DNA of 55,416 bases, the filler included, from Squatina squatina (taxonomy: Eukaryota), in the NCBI GenBank assembly GCA_031763465.1. It is 3 parts of 3 records of this genome, joined end to end, with 100 filler letters (N's around TTAATTAATTAA, not from the genome) between each part and the next. Parts side by side here need not be neighbours in the genome. Positions count along the whole stretch, not along the records: positions 1 to 14,433 come from JARFOE010000115.1; 2 more parts are not named here. One strand, 5' to 3'. The notes under the pieces are model-generated. The model was given only the letters and a program-made list of their open reading frames with translations, made no database searches and had not been told where the DNA came from. The position numbers and the translations under genes are program-made. The stretch's first letter is position 1. Each line of letters begins with the position of its first letter. Below are positions 1 to 11,426 of this stretch, piece after piece.

Positions 1-477
1 CACAAGAATAATCTGCCCAGCATTCGGATGTCGACTGTGTAAAACTACAAACAGAAACAGTGAAGAAGAGAACAGACTGGATAGAATGTTGAAACATGAT
101 TCGAAAAATTGGATATCAGAATTGTGTTTATACAAATCGCAGCAAAACAGAGGTACTGTTTCTCTTAAAATGTATTGATGGTGATGACTGCTTTATTTGA
201 CATGAATTATAAAAACTTGTTCCAAAATAAAAACCCTCCATTCATATATACCTGGGCAACAGGATAATGTCGAACACCGATGTTATCGAGCAGCAATTGT
301 AAAAATGATGTTTGTTTTTGCACTTCTGTCAATAAAATGCACAATTGACCGGCAGTCTGCAGGTTTTTTAAAGCAAAAAAAATAGACTTGTTAGTGTATA
401 GAAGTGACCGTTTTCAATGGGATTGGTGGATTTCTTCGTTCTGAAGGGTGAATAATCTGTTCCTATCTTTCCCTCAG

Positions 478-610
478 GCTGAACCTGGTGACATTCCCAC
501 AGAACCTAACAATGATCCGAAGCCAGCTCCAGCGGAGAATGGTGTGAGTCACACACCTGGTCTGACACCCAAACCCCCCACCCTAGTCACCCACGTTCAA
601 CCAGCGCCAG
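478..610 (+). CDS. PLCB1: Phospholipase C beta-1, internal coding exon (proximal C-terminal linker)
   Basis: ttccctcag acceptor and gtaagt donor. Encodes AEPGDIPTEPNNDPKPAPAENGVSHTPGLTPKPPTLVTHVQPAP, matching recalled human PLCB1 [27 protein letters not shown]. 133 bp, ends in phase 1. Confidence 0.93.
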
Positions 611-726
611 GTAAGTGCATTTATGCTTGATGGATTTTTGTTTAAAAATAAATAGTGAAGCAATAAGCTTTTGCAGCAATTTATGAGCCTTGTTATTCAT
701 CGGAAATCTTTTGCGTTATGTGTTAG

Positions 727-780
727 CTGCAGTCAAAACAGTTGGTAAGGCAGAAGATCTCATACAGAGCGTCTTGTCAG
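727..780 (+). CDS. PLCB1: PLCB1 internal coding exon (54 bp)
   Basis: tgttag acceptor and gtaaga donor; phase-compatible with the previous exon. Encodes (A)AVKTVGKAEDLIQSVLS, versus human GSVKAPAKTEDLIQSVLT. Confidence 0.93.
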
Positions 781-1205
781 GTAAGATGTTAACAAACTCT
801 GTGTGACACAAGGACTTAAAATTATTTCTATCCCACAGTCCAAATGAAGCCTACTGATAAAACAAGAAAAATATATAGAGATAAAATAACAATGAAATGC
901 CTGTGGAGTACATGATTTGATCTCGGATGGAAACTTAAAAAAAAGACTTGCATGTATCCAAGTTTATACATAAGCAGACCAGATAGTGTAGATTCGCTGA
1001 ACAGGTTTATATGCAAGAATGAAAACTTGTCATCTGAAAATCTATGACTGTCATATGACATATAATTATCATTTAACAATCATATAGATGATAAGATGAC
1101 TATATCCACATTTGATTTTGATAATCAGTGTCAAAGAAGCCAGAGTTTGGCACTGTCACATTTAAAAGGACTCTTATCTCAGTAAAAAAATGGCTTAGAA
1201 AGTTT

Positions 1206-1281
1206 GGGGCCCCAATTGGTGTGCGCCAGAATCACGGGCTGCATTGGTCCAGGGCTCGGTATTTTTGCGCTGGTCCCGGAG
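1206..1281 (+). mobile_element. Harbinger-type DNA transposon/MITE terminus, truncated by a gap
   Basis: Begins ggggccccaattgg and is CpG-rich; same style of terminus as 22555-22568 and 43834-43847. Confidence 0.45.
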
Positions 1282-1381
1282 NNNNNNNNNNNNNNNNNNN
1301 NNNNNNNNNNNNNNNNNNNNNNNNNNNNNNNNNNNNNNNNNNNNNNNNNNNNNNNNNNNNNNNNNNNNNNNNNNNNNNNNN

Positions 1382-1558
1382 TGAGTATATTCAAGACAGA
1401 GATTGATACATTTCTCGATATTTAAGGAATCAGGGGATATGGGAATAGTGCAGGAAAATGGCGTTGAGGTAGAAGATCAGCCATGATCTTGTTGAATGGC
1501 GGAGCAAGCTTGAGGGGCCGAATGGCCTAGTCCTGTTCCTATTTCTTATGTTCTTATG
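1382..1558 (+). mobile_element. CR1-clade LINE 3' end
   Basis: End of ORF2 (IFKTEIDTFLDI) followed by the typical tail gaatggcggagcaagcttgaggggccgaatggcct...cctatttcttatgttcttatg. Confidence 0.85.
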
Positions 1559-1675
1559 ACAGTTAGGCATGCAGTGCAAAAATGATGTGATTTTCTTGAT
1601 CACAGAAAAATAAAACCTCAGTGACTCTGCCATGAGATTCACCCGTTATTAATACGTGTTTTCTGGTTTTCACAG

Positions 1676-1752
1676 CTAGTGCAAAAACTCACCGAGGTAG
1701 CTGAGGAATGCCAAGCCATCCAGTTAAAGAAACTGAAAGAGCTTTGTGAAAA
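1676..1752 (+). CDS. PLCB1: PLCB1 internal coding exon (distal C-terminal coiled-coil domain)
   Basis: ttttcacag acceptor and gtaagc donor. Encodes LVQKLTEVAEECQAIQLKKLKELCE(K), versus human [26 protein letters not shown]. Confidence 0.95.
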
Positions 1753-1844
1753 GTAAGCCTCACGTGCAACATTTTTAACTTTAAAAAAAAAAATCTCTAG
1801 CTGAGATTTTCGGAGATGAATAGATTTTTTGTTGTTATTTTCAG

Positions 1845-1934
1845 GGAAAAGAAAGAATTAAAGAAGAAGATGGACAAAAAGCGTCAGGAGAAGATCACCG
1901 AGGCAAAATCAAAAGACAAAAACCAAATGGACGA
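1845..1934 (+). CDS. PLCB1: PLCB1 internal coding exon (distal C-terminal domain)
   Basis: ttttcag acceptor and gtgagt donor, after a 92-bp intron. Encodes [29 protein letters not shown], nearly identical to human PLCB1. Confidence 0.96.
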
Positions 1935-2866
1935 GTGAGTCTTTCAGTCTTTAGATGAACGCATTATTGTGATCTTCAAAGTAGATTCTTCAGTGGTCGG
2001 TGTGGCCTAAGCAGCGCCTGCCAAAAAAGATTTATTTTTAATTTTAAAAAACGTTGCTGTGGAGCCAAGAAGAGCAGGAAAGCTGCCGCATCTCTGCAGT
2101 ATCCCGATCAGCCCCACTCCTCCCCACCCGAGGCTTACCTTTGAGCAAGGTAAATGGCCCGTTACTCATTTCTTCAAGTGGGTGAGCTGTCTGTGCAAGT
2201 CGACAGGGGGCCCCTACCAGAAGCTATCTCCTGCTATTTTCAAATGAGTATGACCATCCGGCGTAATTCATTTGGATGGCTCACAGNNNNNNNNNNNNNN
2301 NNNNNNNNNNNNNNNNNNNNNNNNNNNNNNNNNNNNNNNNNNNNNNNNNNNNNNNNNNNNNNNNNNNNNNNNNNNNNNNNNNNNNNGACCTCTCTTTATG
2401 AAGCTCAGGATCCCATAAGCCTTTTTAACTGCTTTCTCAACTTTCGTAACTGGACTTTTTTTTTGTAACAATAATTTATTCAAGGTCAAAGGGAAAACAT
2501 CTGGTTAAATGTAACAATTTTGAGTTCAATGTAATAAAATATACAGAACCATGCAGTCGTTAACTGAACAAAAAAGAAAGATTTACTTGTCAATTTCCAA
2601 CACTATATTGCGATCATTGCCTTTTATGCATTTAGGAAGTTGTGCGGTGTGTTTTCGCTTTCCTAAGGACTGCATTGATGTCTGTGGGCAGGTCTCAGCT
2701 CCACTAAGGAATATATGGGTCTGTAGGCACGTGTGAACGTTCAAAATCTTACACATTTTTGGTGTGAAACAACATGTGATTTTGTCACAGTAGATTTTAA
2801 TTTCTGGCAGTTGTTGATACTTAAGAAAAAACTTACATGATGCAAAACTTGTTGTCACTTTTACTT

Positions 2867-3236
2867 AAGAAAAAATCTTGCATTCAACCTCAGAATGCTT
2901 CACAGCACTTTACTTTTGAAGTGTAGTCACTGTTGTAATGTAGGAAGCACAGCAGTCAATTTGAGTACAGCAAGTCGCACAAACAGCAATGACATAAATG
3001 ACCCAATAATCTGTTTTAATGATGTTTGTTGAGAAATAAATGTTGGCCAGAACACAGAGAGAACTCCCCCTGCTCTTCTTTGAAGAGCGCAGTGGGATAT
3101 TTTATATCTACCTAAGAGGGTATATGGTTTAACGTCTCACCTGAAAGATGGTACCTCTGACAGACTGAAGTATCAGCCTAAATTACATGCTCAAATCTCT
3201 CGAGTGGGGCTTGAACCCTCGACCTTATGATTCAGA
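2867..3236 (-). mobile_element. tRNA-derived DeuSINE (SacSINE1-like), near full length
   Basis: Reverse complement of the 38289-38620 copy, including the B-box (gggttcaagcccc on -), Deu-like core and tail. Confidence 0.8.
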
Positions 3237-3237
3237 A

Positions 3238-3480
3238 CCAAATTGCGGTCGAAGCCTTCCCGCAGACACAGGCCTCTGACCAGAAAGATCCTCATGAATT
3301 AACCTGGTGATCCGGGAGGTTCGCAGCCTTGCATTCCTGGGCCTCCACAGCAGCATAGGTGGACCGGCCCAGGGATCTCTCCAGTATATGCGGAGAGATT
3401 TGTAGAAGTATGAATGTGCAGTTTTATTATCTCCCAATCATATAAAAATACATTTTAAAAATTACTCAAACATTAAAATT
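3238..3480 (+). mobile_element. MITE-like DNA element fragment, related to 11152-11426
   Basis: aaattgcggtcgaagccttcccgc...gcctctgacc resembles the reverse complement of the hairpin terminus at 11374-11426. Confidence 0.5.
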
Positions 3481-4836
3481 TAATAAAATTATATATAATT
3501 AGATGACTAATACAAAAAAATGATTTTGTGTGTAGACATATCAATGTGGAACTCGTTTTACTGAACTTTGCTTCTGACATGAGGCAGAATAAGGAGTACG
3601 TGTGTTATTGACAACTGGATAGCAATAGAACATATCAAATATTATGGGTGTAACAAAAATGGCAATAAGGAAATTAATCTCAATTGTAGCTGTAAAGTAA
3701 TCAATGGAGCATTTCACATTTTATGCTCAAATTTATTCGTGAGCATAAAATATTGTCATTTTTAACTGTAAAGGCTTTTAACCTCATAGGAAACAATGAA
3801 TTAGGAACTAAAACCCATTCATTAAATACAGGATCTGAAATGACTTAACTTGAACTAATCTCCAATTCTGTGCATTCGGGTATTTGTCCAAGCTTTTATG
3901 TATTCTGAACAAACCTATATTTTAAATGGACGAGATTTAAGAAGGAATGTCAAGAAGGGGATTAAAGGATCAGAGGAACACATGACATCATTCAGGAAAT
4001 TGAAAGTCAATGTGTGTTATTCAGAACAAATGGCTAACGATATAAAAACAATTAAAAACAATAGAATGCTACATTTTTATACAATAGGAGAAAGCCAAAA
4101 TGAATAAACTGATGTGGTTGTAAATATTTCCAATACTTGTCAATCAGTAAGCATTTCAAATGCCCTTACACCTATCATGTAGCAAAGGAAATCAAATCAT
4201 CAATATATATTACGACAAAATGACTTAAAGCCCATTTCTATCAGCAAAGTAGCACTTGGCTTTATGACAACTATTAAAATAAAGGAAGTGTAACATGATA
4301 CAGCAGAACTGCTGGGATCTCTGTTGCTAATCCATGATTATAATACCAGGAGTTGAGCTTCAGTGATGTACCAACAGATGGCACCCTAGTAATTCAGAAT
4401 CACATTTTTAAACATTTGGGAGTGTTTCTGTTCCGCGATTTAGAACATTGCATTGGCTTAAATTTCATAGCCATTAAGGTTAAAAAAAGCACCTTGCCAA
4501 CTGTGTTTGAACTTCAAGTGCACTTGCACATGTAGTTAATGTTTAATAGGCTCTGAGCTTTATCTGAGGCAATGAAACAGCTGTCGTGTTACTTACAGAG
4601 CCAAAACGAAGCCATTCAGAGTGGTGTGGTTAGCTATTTGAAATTGGCATCTTAAAGTAATACAGTCTGAAATAATTAAAGTTCATAATATATTTTACAG
4701 ATGTGTTTGAAATTACCACTTTAATGCTCGATACTTNNNNNNNNNNNNNNNNNNNNNNNNNNNNNNNNNNNNNNNNNNNNNNNNNNNNNNNNNNNNNNNN
4801 NNNNNNNNNNNNNNNNNNNNNNNNNNNNNNNNNNNN

Positions 4837-4908
4837 TCATATTGAATGGTGGAGCAGGCTCGAAGGGCCGAATGGCCTACTCCTGCTCCTATTTTCTATG
4901 TTTCTATG
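4837..4908 (+). mobile_element. CR1 3' tail
   Basis: gaatggtggagcaggctcgaagggccgaatggcctactcctgctcctattttctatgtttctatg. Confidence 0.85.
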
Positions 4909-4920
4909 ATCATTATCTAA

Positions 4921-5110
4921 TGATCCCTGCTGAGAAGTGTGTGTGTGTATGTGGACAACGGGTGAGGACACGATTGGGCCCTGTGTGGTCACAGAGCCTC
5001 CTACACTCATTGTGTAAGCTCACATATGAAGACTGGCTATTGAACAAGGTATGAAAGGATGCCTGGCATGCTTGGAACAATGCTCCAGCAGTCGAGAATG
5101 AGGGGAGGAA
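4921..5110 (+). mobile_element. Old SINE family B, 3' part
   Basis: Shares ccctgctg..aagtgtgtgtg..ggtgaggac..gctcacatatgaag with the copies at 17300, 42135 and 46220. Confidence 0.6.
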
Positions 5111-5390
5111 ATTGGCAAAGAAAAAAAATGTTTTTTGGGTCTTGATTTCATCATGTTTATGGCACCATAACATAAGAACTGATCACTGGTCTGTCTTGGT
5201 GCCAGACCAGTTACTGAAAAACACCAACAATTATTTTTGGCTTAACTGAGAGAATTAACGTGACCTAGAGTTTATATCGGAGTGCACTTGTGTGGGACAA
5301 AAAGGAACAAAATTCCTACACTGCAGCAAACAAGTCAGAATTTGTTAGTTCAGGGAATTTGTTACACTACAGTTTTTCTGTTCTTTGCAG

Positions 5391-5621
5391 CTACAGAGTG
5401 ATCTCGATCAAGAATACCAAGACAAGTTTAAGAGGCTGCCTCTGGAAATCCAAGAATTTGTACAGGATACACTGAAAGGAAAGTTCAGTGACGATGGAGA
5501 CCACAGNNNNNCACCTCCCTCCCTAGCTCCAGATAATGGGAAATTGAACCACAAGTCATGCTCAAATGAAGATGATTTAGAAGACACTAAGTCAGATAAA
5601 GTGTTTGATACTTCACTTTAA
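5391..5621 (+). CDS. PLCB1: PLCB1 terminal coding exon (PLCB1a-type C-terminus with PDZ-binding tail)
   Basis: ttctttgcag acceptor. Encodes [31 protein letters not shown]...KVFDTSL*, versus human [31 protein letters not shown]...EFDTPL. TAA stop at 5619-5621. Confidence 0.96.
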   Translation, partial: LQSDLDQEYQDKFKRLPLEIQEFVQDTLKGKFSDDGDHXXXPPSLAPDNGKLNHKSCSNEDDLEDTKSDKVFDTSL

Positions 5622-6565
5622 TAGGCTAACCCCATCTTTAAACTGCGTTGATCTATTGTATTTATGAGCTGCTACAAAAGGGAAGTAGATAGGAGAATAA
5701 CGGCTTGAGTACATGTTTGTGCTCTGGAAAACCTATTCAAACATACAGTACAGTGTCAACATGTGTGTGTGCATTCTGTTCAAGTGCCAGTGCGAAACTA
5801 ATTGTACAGTGCCACACATTACATTTGAAAACCATCAAAGAGGAACTTGAGATCCACAGTACTTAATAAGCAAAGCTCAACAGCACATATCCATAACATT
5901 GCATGTTTGCACTGTGTTCCAAGAAACCTTTGCTTCAGCTGCAAGCACAGGTTTGCCATTGTCTGTGCTTTTTACATAAGTACACTTACCTAAGTAATTG
6001 TATATTGCTGCATACTTTAATGTCGGCATTGCTGAATTAAGAATGCTGCTTAATATAAATGGGAGTTTTGGTTGTGAAATTCTAAAACTTTCCGTCTCGC
6101 TTTGTTCAGTATATTAAAGGGAAACACGTTTCAGGGATGCATGCTTGATGAAAGTATTGTGGTTATCACTGTGGATACTTTAAAATATAATTGTAAGGAG
6201 CAGTTTTGTTGTGGAGTTCGTGCTATAATGTACTTTGATAGCTTTGCAGGGTAAAAAAGCGTATTTGACTTGTGTGTACAAAGTAGAGTTACATTGATAT
6301 CACAGTTTTTCTAAACCAAGGTTATTATTACAAGTTAATGTGAGTGACGTAACAGAAAGTGCTTATATCCAACTGCACAATCAAAATATTGTAACTTGTT
6401 ACACACCTAAAACATTTGTAAGATTTTTTTTGTACAATACAAGTGGTTGTAAATACCTTGAAGGGAAAAAAATGCAAGCAAGTCATTGTATTGATGTCTG
6501 TATGCACTTTGTGAATGAAATTTTAATTTCAAAATTAAACACTGAAAATGCTATATTGTTGACAA
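5622..6565 (+). other. PLCB1: PLCB1 3' UTR (proximal; 3' end approximate)
   Basis: Repeat-free, AU/GU-rich sequence directly after the stop codon; ATTAAA at 6534-6539. Confidence 0.6.
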
Positions 6566-7070
6566 TTAATCAACACTGGTAACTTTATTGGTATAATGAA
6601 TAGCCACCTAAACAATTTGTGCAACCTGAGTTATTTGGTATTATTCACTCTATGCCAGATATCCAATACATAACAGAGACAGGTATTGCAGCAGTTGAAT
6701 TGGCCGGAAAAATAGTTTAAGGTTTAAAGAACTATTTTATGGTAAAAACCTTTCAATGCCATAATGGTTGCTCAATCTATGAAATGCATAAACCTAAAGA
6801 CTCTTGTATTTCCACTGCATTCAGTACGTATAATTATTCTGAGTGAAACATTTCATTGCCATCATTTGGTGCAGTATTCGTCTAATATGATGTCTCAGTA
6901 AAACATTCAAACATCTCTTTATTTTTATGTTGTAGTTATCAGCATTGCATTTGTTAATCACACAAGGTATTTCTGATTTTGTTGATAGGTGGCAGACTTC
7001 AAAGACCAACTCCTGTTAGCCTCGGGTGTCTCTGAGGACAGACTGGCTGAATTTTCATGTGGTAAGTCCA

Positions 7071-7320
7071 GACTGACCTGTGCCATTGTCTCTGAGCACT
7101 GTAATAGTGACTGATCTGTGCCACTGTCTCTGAGCACTAATAGTGACTGACTATGCCATTGTCTGAGCACTGTAATAGTGACTGGTCTGAGCGCTGTAAT
7201 AATGACTGATATGTGCCTTTGTCTGAGCACTGTAATGGTGACTGATATGTGCAATTGTCCGAGCACTGTAATAGTGACTGATCTGTATCATTGTCCGAGC
7301 ACTGTAATAGTGACTGGTCT
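7071..7320. repeat. Minisatellite, about 7 copies of a ~36-bp unit
   Basis: Tandem units such as ctgtgccattgtct(ct)gagcactgtaatagtgactgat; one unit is internally deleted. Confidence 0.9.
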
Positions 7321-7334
7321 AGTTTTCTAGATTA

Positions 7335-7415
7335 GTATGTTTTGGAACCAACTAGGGAACAGGCTATTTTAGGTGTAGTGTTGTGCAATGAGAAAGGGTT
7401 AATCAGTAATCTTGT
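7335..7415 (+). mobile_element. CR1 LINE ORF2 fragment
   Basis: Encodes EPTREQAILGVVLCNEKGLISNL, matching the CR1 endonuclease-end motif EPTR..AILDLVL.NE. Confidence 0.75.
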
Positions 7416-8356
7416 NNNNNNNNNNNNNNNNNNNNNNNNNNNNNNNNNNNNNNNNNNNNNNNNNNNNNNNNNNNNNNNNNNNNNNNNNNNNNNNNNNNNN
7501 NNNNNNNNNNNNNNNGGGCATTTCTCAATTTTTACTTTTTATTGGTTTTAACAGTGTGACAGATTATTGCAAAAATAGAAATTCATAGGTTTATTCAGTC
7601 TGTATCAAACCCTATAGTTTGCAACAGTTGCAAAAGATACAGTGTGTGTGTAAATGTTTGGATATATATAATACACATACATACATATACACACACTATA
7701 TTTGTTGTTTAACGTTACTTGAATTAGATTTGTTGAATCTAACAAAACTAAGGGGTCTATATGATGTGAGAGTCTTGTGCCTTTAAAGTGTTTGCCTTGT
7801 TCTGTATCTGTCTAAGTAGAATATTCAAAGTACTTATTGTGGAAATCTGTATTTATGGGCTGTTCTGTACTGAACTAGGTTGTATGTGCACTTCATGTAA
7901 CAACTACAAACACTACTGCTTGTGTTCAGCATTAANNNNNNNNNNCATACATCAGATCTAGCCAAATCACAGTGTGTGGTAACATCGAGTAAAACATAAT
8001 CCTGTTTATCTCATTAATCATATTAAGTGGATGGTCTGTGCTCTAATATTGTTAAATTGTTTTGATTTGACGTTGACTGTAGAATAACAAAACATGACAA
8101 AGGGAATATTTCACATAAAGGATGTAAATAATATTGTCTTTAACAATGATAACGTGTTCTGAAATGCATATTGAAATTTTGTATGAATTCTATGCAATTT
8201 TCTGGCATGATGTTTCTTCCACGAGTAATTTTATGTGCATTCATCAGTTACAATGGAGAAATAAAAATTCTTTAAACTTGAATTTCTCTGTGTCAGCATT
8301 ACAGAATGTTCTGCTATGTAACATGCTTTTTTTAAAAAAAAAAGACAGTTCCATTT

Positions 8357-8856
8357 AGTTCTTCTTTTAGGCAGTCCCTCGAGGTCGAGGATGATTTGCT
8401 TCCACTCCTGAGTTGTGGGTTCTGAGCTGAGTAAATAGTCCGATACAGGATCCACAAACACTACCACAGGTGGGGCAGGTGGTATTTGATGAGGCGAGTG
8501 NNNNNNNNNNGCGCTCCTTCCGCTGGCTGCGTTTGGTCTCCATGTGCTCCTGCTGGAGAAGCTCGAAGTGGTTGGCACCTTCGCGGATTCTTCTCCTCCA
8601 GTTCGGGCAGTCTTGGGCCAGAGATTCCCATGAGTCAGTGCGATGTTACATTTTTTCAGGGAGGCTTTGAGGACGTCCTTGAAGCGCTTCCTCTGCCCTC
8701 CTGGTACTCGCTTGCCATGATGAAACTCAGAATAGAGTGCTTGTTTCGGGAGTCTTGAGTTGGGCATGCGGATGATGTGATCTGCCCATCACAGCTGGTT
8801 GAGCATGACCAGTGCCTCGATGCTGGGGATGTTGGCCTGAGAGAGGACACTGACAT
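8357..8856 (-). mobile_element. RTE-clade (BovB-like) LINE 3' end, degenerate
   Basis: Minus-strand peptides VSVLSQANIPSIEALV..QL*WADHIIRMPNSRLPKQALYSE..HGKR.PGGQRKRFKDVLKASLKKCNI, with a ggactgcctaaaagaagaa tail. Confidence 0.9.
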
Positions 8857-10259
8857 NNNNNNNNNNNNNNNNNNNNNNNNNNNNNNNNNNNNNNNNNNNN
8901 NNNNNNNNNNNNNNNNNNNNNNNNNNNNNNNNNNNNNNNNNNNNNNNNNNNNNNNNAGACTGGGACTGGGACATAAGGAAGTGTGGCCATGATCCTGTGT
9001 CCTATTGTGAGTGGCCCAGCATTTTGAAGCAACAACCAATTGCACTATTGGACATAGTCAGAACTGACATTGAATTTTATAAATTCTATGATATCATTAG
9101 CAGCAGTAGTATTTATCCTGAACTGCACTGTTGCCTCCAAAGGGCTAAAAGGCTGGAATGCAAATAGAAAAATGTGCTTAAAAAGTGCCAAAATTTCCTG
9201 AGGAAGCATACCCCCAGTTCTCCTACAAAACAAGTGCTGCCCCTTTAGTATTTACATTCCCTTTCTAAACCCATCAAAGCAAAACAACACATTTTTGTTT
9301 CGTCTTTCCCTGTAACACTGGTGATAAACATTGAGTATACCTGCACCATAAGCAACGAGAAGTTCACATGCCAATGCACTTGTTTTCAGTTTCCACAGGG
9401 AAAAAATGAATTGCAGAATGCAGTACAATTCTGGAATCCCATGTAATGAAAATGGAATTTAAGTTATTCAGCAACTATGAAGTAGTAGTCCTGGTCACAT
9501 AATTAGGGTCGTTTTAAGTTGTTGTTCACCTTTTGAGTTTCCACCTCTTCTCAGCTTTTCTGAAGCAGCAGAGCAGCTCTTGCCATATTTTTAGGCTGGC
9601 ATGTACAAATTCTCCTCAAACGTTGACAACTTAAACAGCACTGTTTTATAAACGCAGAATGCAATGGAAGTTTTTGTGTTACGATGATGACAGGCACATT
9701 GGAAAACACGGGGTCATTTCCAATGGGCAGTCTTTTGGTGCGAATATTAAGGTGTTTGAAACAGATTAACGTCTGCCTTAAAATGATGCTGGTTGAACGC
9801 GCACCAAAACATAGCCCTAAGGAAAATTTCTCTCGGATCACTTTTGCATAACAGCCTGACAGATGAAGTCCAAACATTTGGTACTCCTTTATTTCCCAAA
9901 ATGGAGAAAATCCCCCCTTGTCCCTCAAATAAGTTCACAAAAAATGCATTTCTTTTCAACATTAGGTAAGAGCGGATTAGGAAGAGTACATGTCAAATCA
10001 TAAAAACAGGATATTTGGTTTCAGTGGTGCAATACTTCATTGCAACACAAGGAAAGCAACCGAAGGCTGATTGCACATGACGGTCCTGAATCCACACCGA
10101 TACTGATTTTTTTAACATGTAAGACATGACGTACGTATTTCCCCAGTAATAGTGGTCACATGTCATTTGAAGGGACTGTCCAATTGGCTTTCCTTTACTT
10201 CCCATCCTCTGACTGCAGGGTTCCCACCGACTGGAGGATTTACAGTGAGAATTAATTAA

Positions 10260-11051
10260 CCTTGGTCGTGCACGCGCGTCCTGCACAGAGCTGTATTCTC
10301 TTCATCTTTAATGCATGCTTTGCCCCTCTCCCTCTCTCTGGTGCTGTTCCTGTGGCGGGTGCAGCCTGAGTGGTGAAGTGAAGCTCGCTCCGGGATCGTA
10401 GGCTGCCTGGGCACGCGGGGCGGGGAGGACGGGCGGGCTGCCAAGCGCGCGGCGCGGCTGTGGAACCTTAGCCCGGGAGTGGAACGTGGCGGAGTGGAGT
10501 GTAGCGAAGCGCGTGCTCCGGGTCCGGACAGCGGGTGCTTCTCTCTCTCTCCAGCAAGTCTTGACACATTTGCGGAGAGGGGAGCGAGTGATTTTGTTTT
10601 CCTCCTTCATTTTTTTTCTGCTGTTGATTTTGGTTGTTTTATATATATACAAATAGTCTCTTGTGTGAGGTTTCACGGGAACTACAGTCTCCCCCTCCCC
10701 TGATCAGGGGACACTCGAGATTGAGGACAGTTGAACGGGACAAACCCTTATCGCCACAGCAACCACCACACATCCACCGAGCACTGGAGAGTCCGCCCAC
10801 ATCTCTTCCTGTCCGTTTGATGTAAGAGATTACTTTTTAAAATGTATATATTCATGCATATATTGCTCCCCCCCTTCCTGACGCGGTGTCATTTGAAGCT
10901 GTTTAATGAAAAAAGCAGTGGTTGCGGGCTGGGTGTGCGCCCGTGCTTAATTTCTGAGTGAATTTTGTTGAGGTGAATACAAACACGAGAACAGCGCTGT
11001 GCTGACAGGTAGGAAGACAGCTCCCCGTCACTGACAGGGCAGGAACCGGCC
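10260..11051 (+). promoter_or_regulatory. PLCB4: CpG island; probable PLCB4 promoter and non-coding first exon
   Basis: Sharp rise in CpG/GC with no transposon termini. GC boxes at 10417-10425 and 10431-10437. Possible donor cag|gtagga after 11008. Lies between the PLCB1 3' end and a PLCB4 exon. Confidence 0.65.
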
Positions 11052-11151
11052 NNNNNNNNNNNNNNNNNNNNNNNNNNNNNNNNNNNNNNNNNNNNNNNNN
11101 NNNNNNNNNNNNNNNNNNNNNNNNNNNNNNNNNNNNNNNNNNNNNNNNNNN

Positions 11152-11426
11152 TTAAGTTTTGACAGTTCTTGACAGATCGCTGAGAACTGTCAAAACTTCA
11201 TTGAAAGAGACACCTACCTGATGGGCTGGGACCTCCCATGTGACGTCTTCAGCCTCTTCAGTTTGACTTGCCCAGGTACGGAGACAGCCCCGCTCCGAAT
11301 CTCCAACTCGGGGCGGGCTGAAGATTGCAAACTCCCATGGATCCAGGACCCTTAGGTAAGTACATAATTGTTTTTGCGATTGGAGGCACCTGCACACAGG
11401 AAGCCTCCAATCGCAATTTCAGGCCC
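11152..11426 (-). mobile_element. MITE/DNA transposon end with a subterminal hairpin
   Basis: Ends caatttcaggccc; 14-bp perfect stem at 11374-11387/11403-11416; related copy near 3238. Confidence 0.6.

Noticed and set aside
7071-7320. CRISPR-like repeat-spacer array
   Set aside because: The intervening segments are short and homologous to each other, there are no cas genes, and the context is vertebrate. It is a minisatellite.
10256-10825. Several 60-120 aa ORFs on both strands
   Set aside because: Stop-poor by-products of the GC-rich CpG island, with no recognisable protein.
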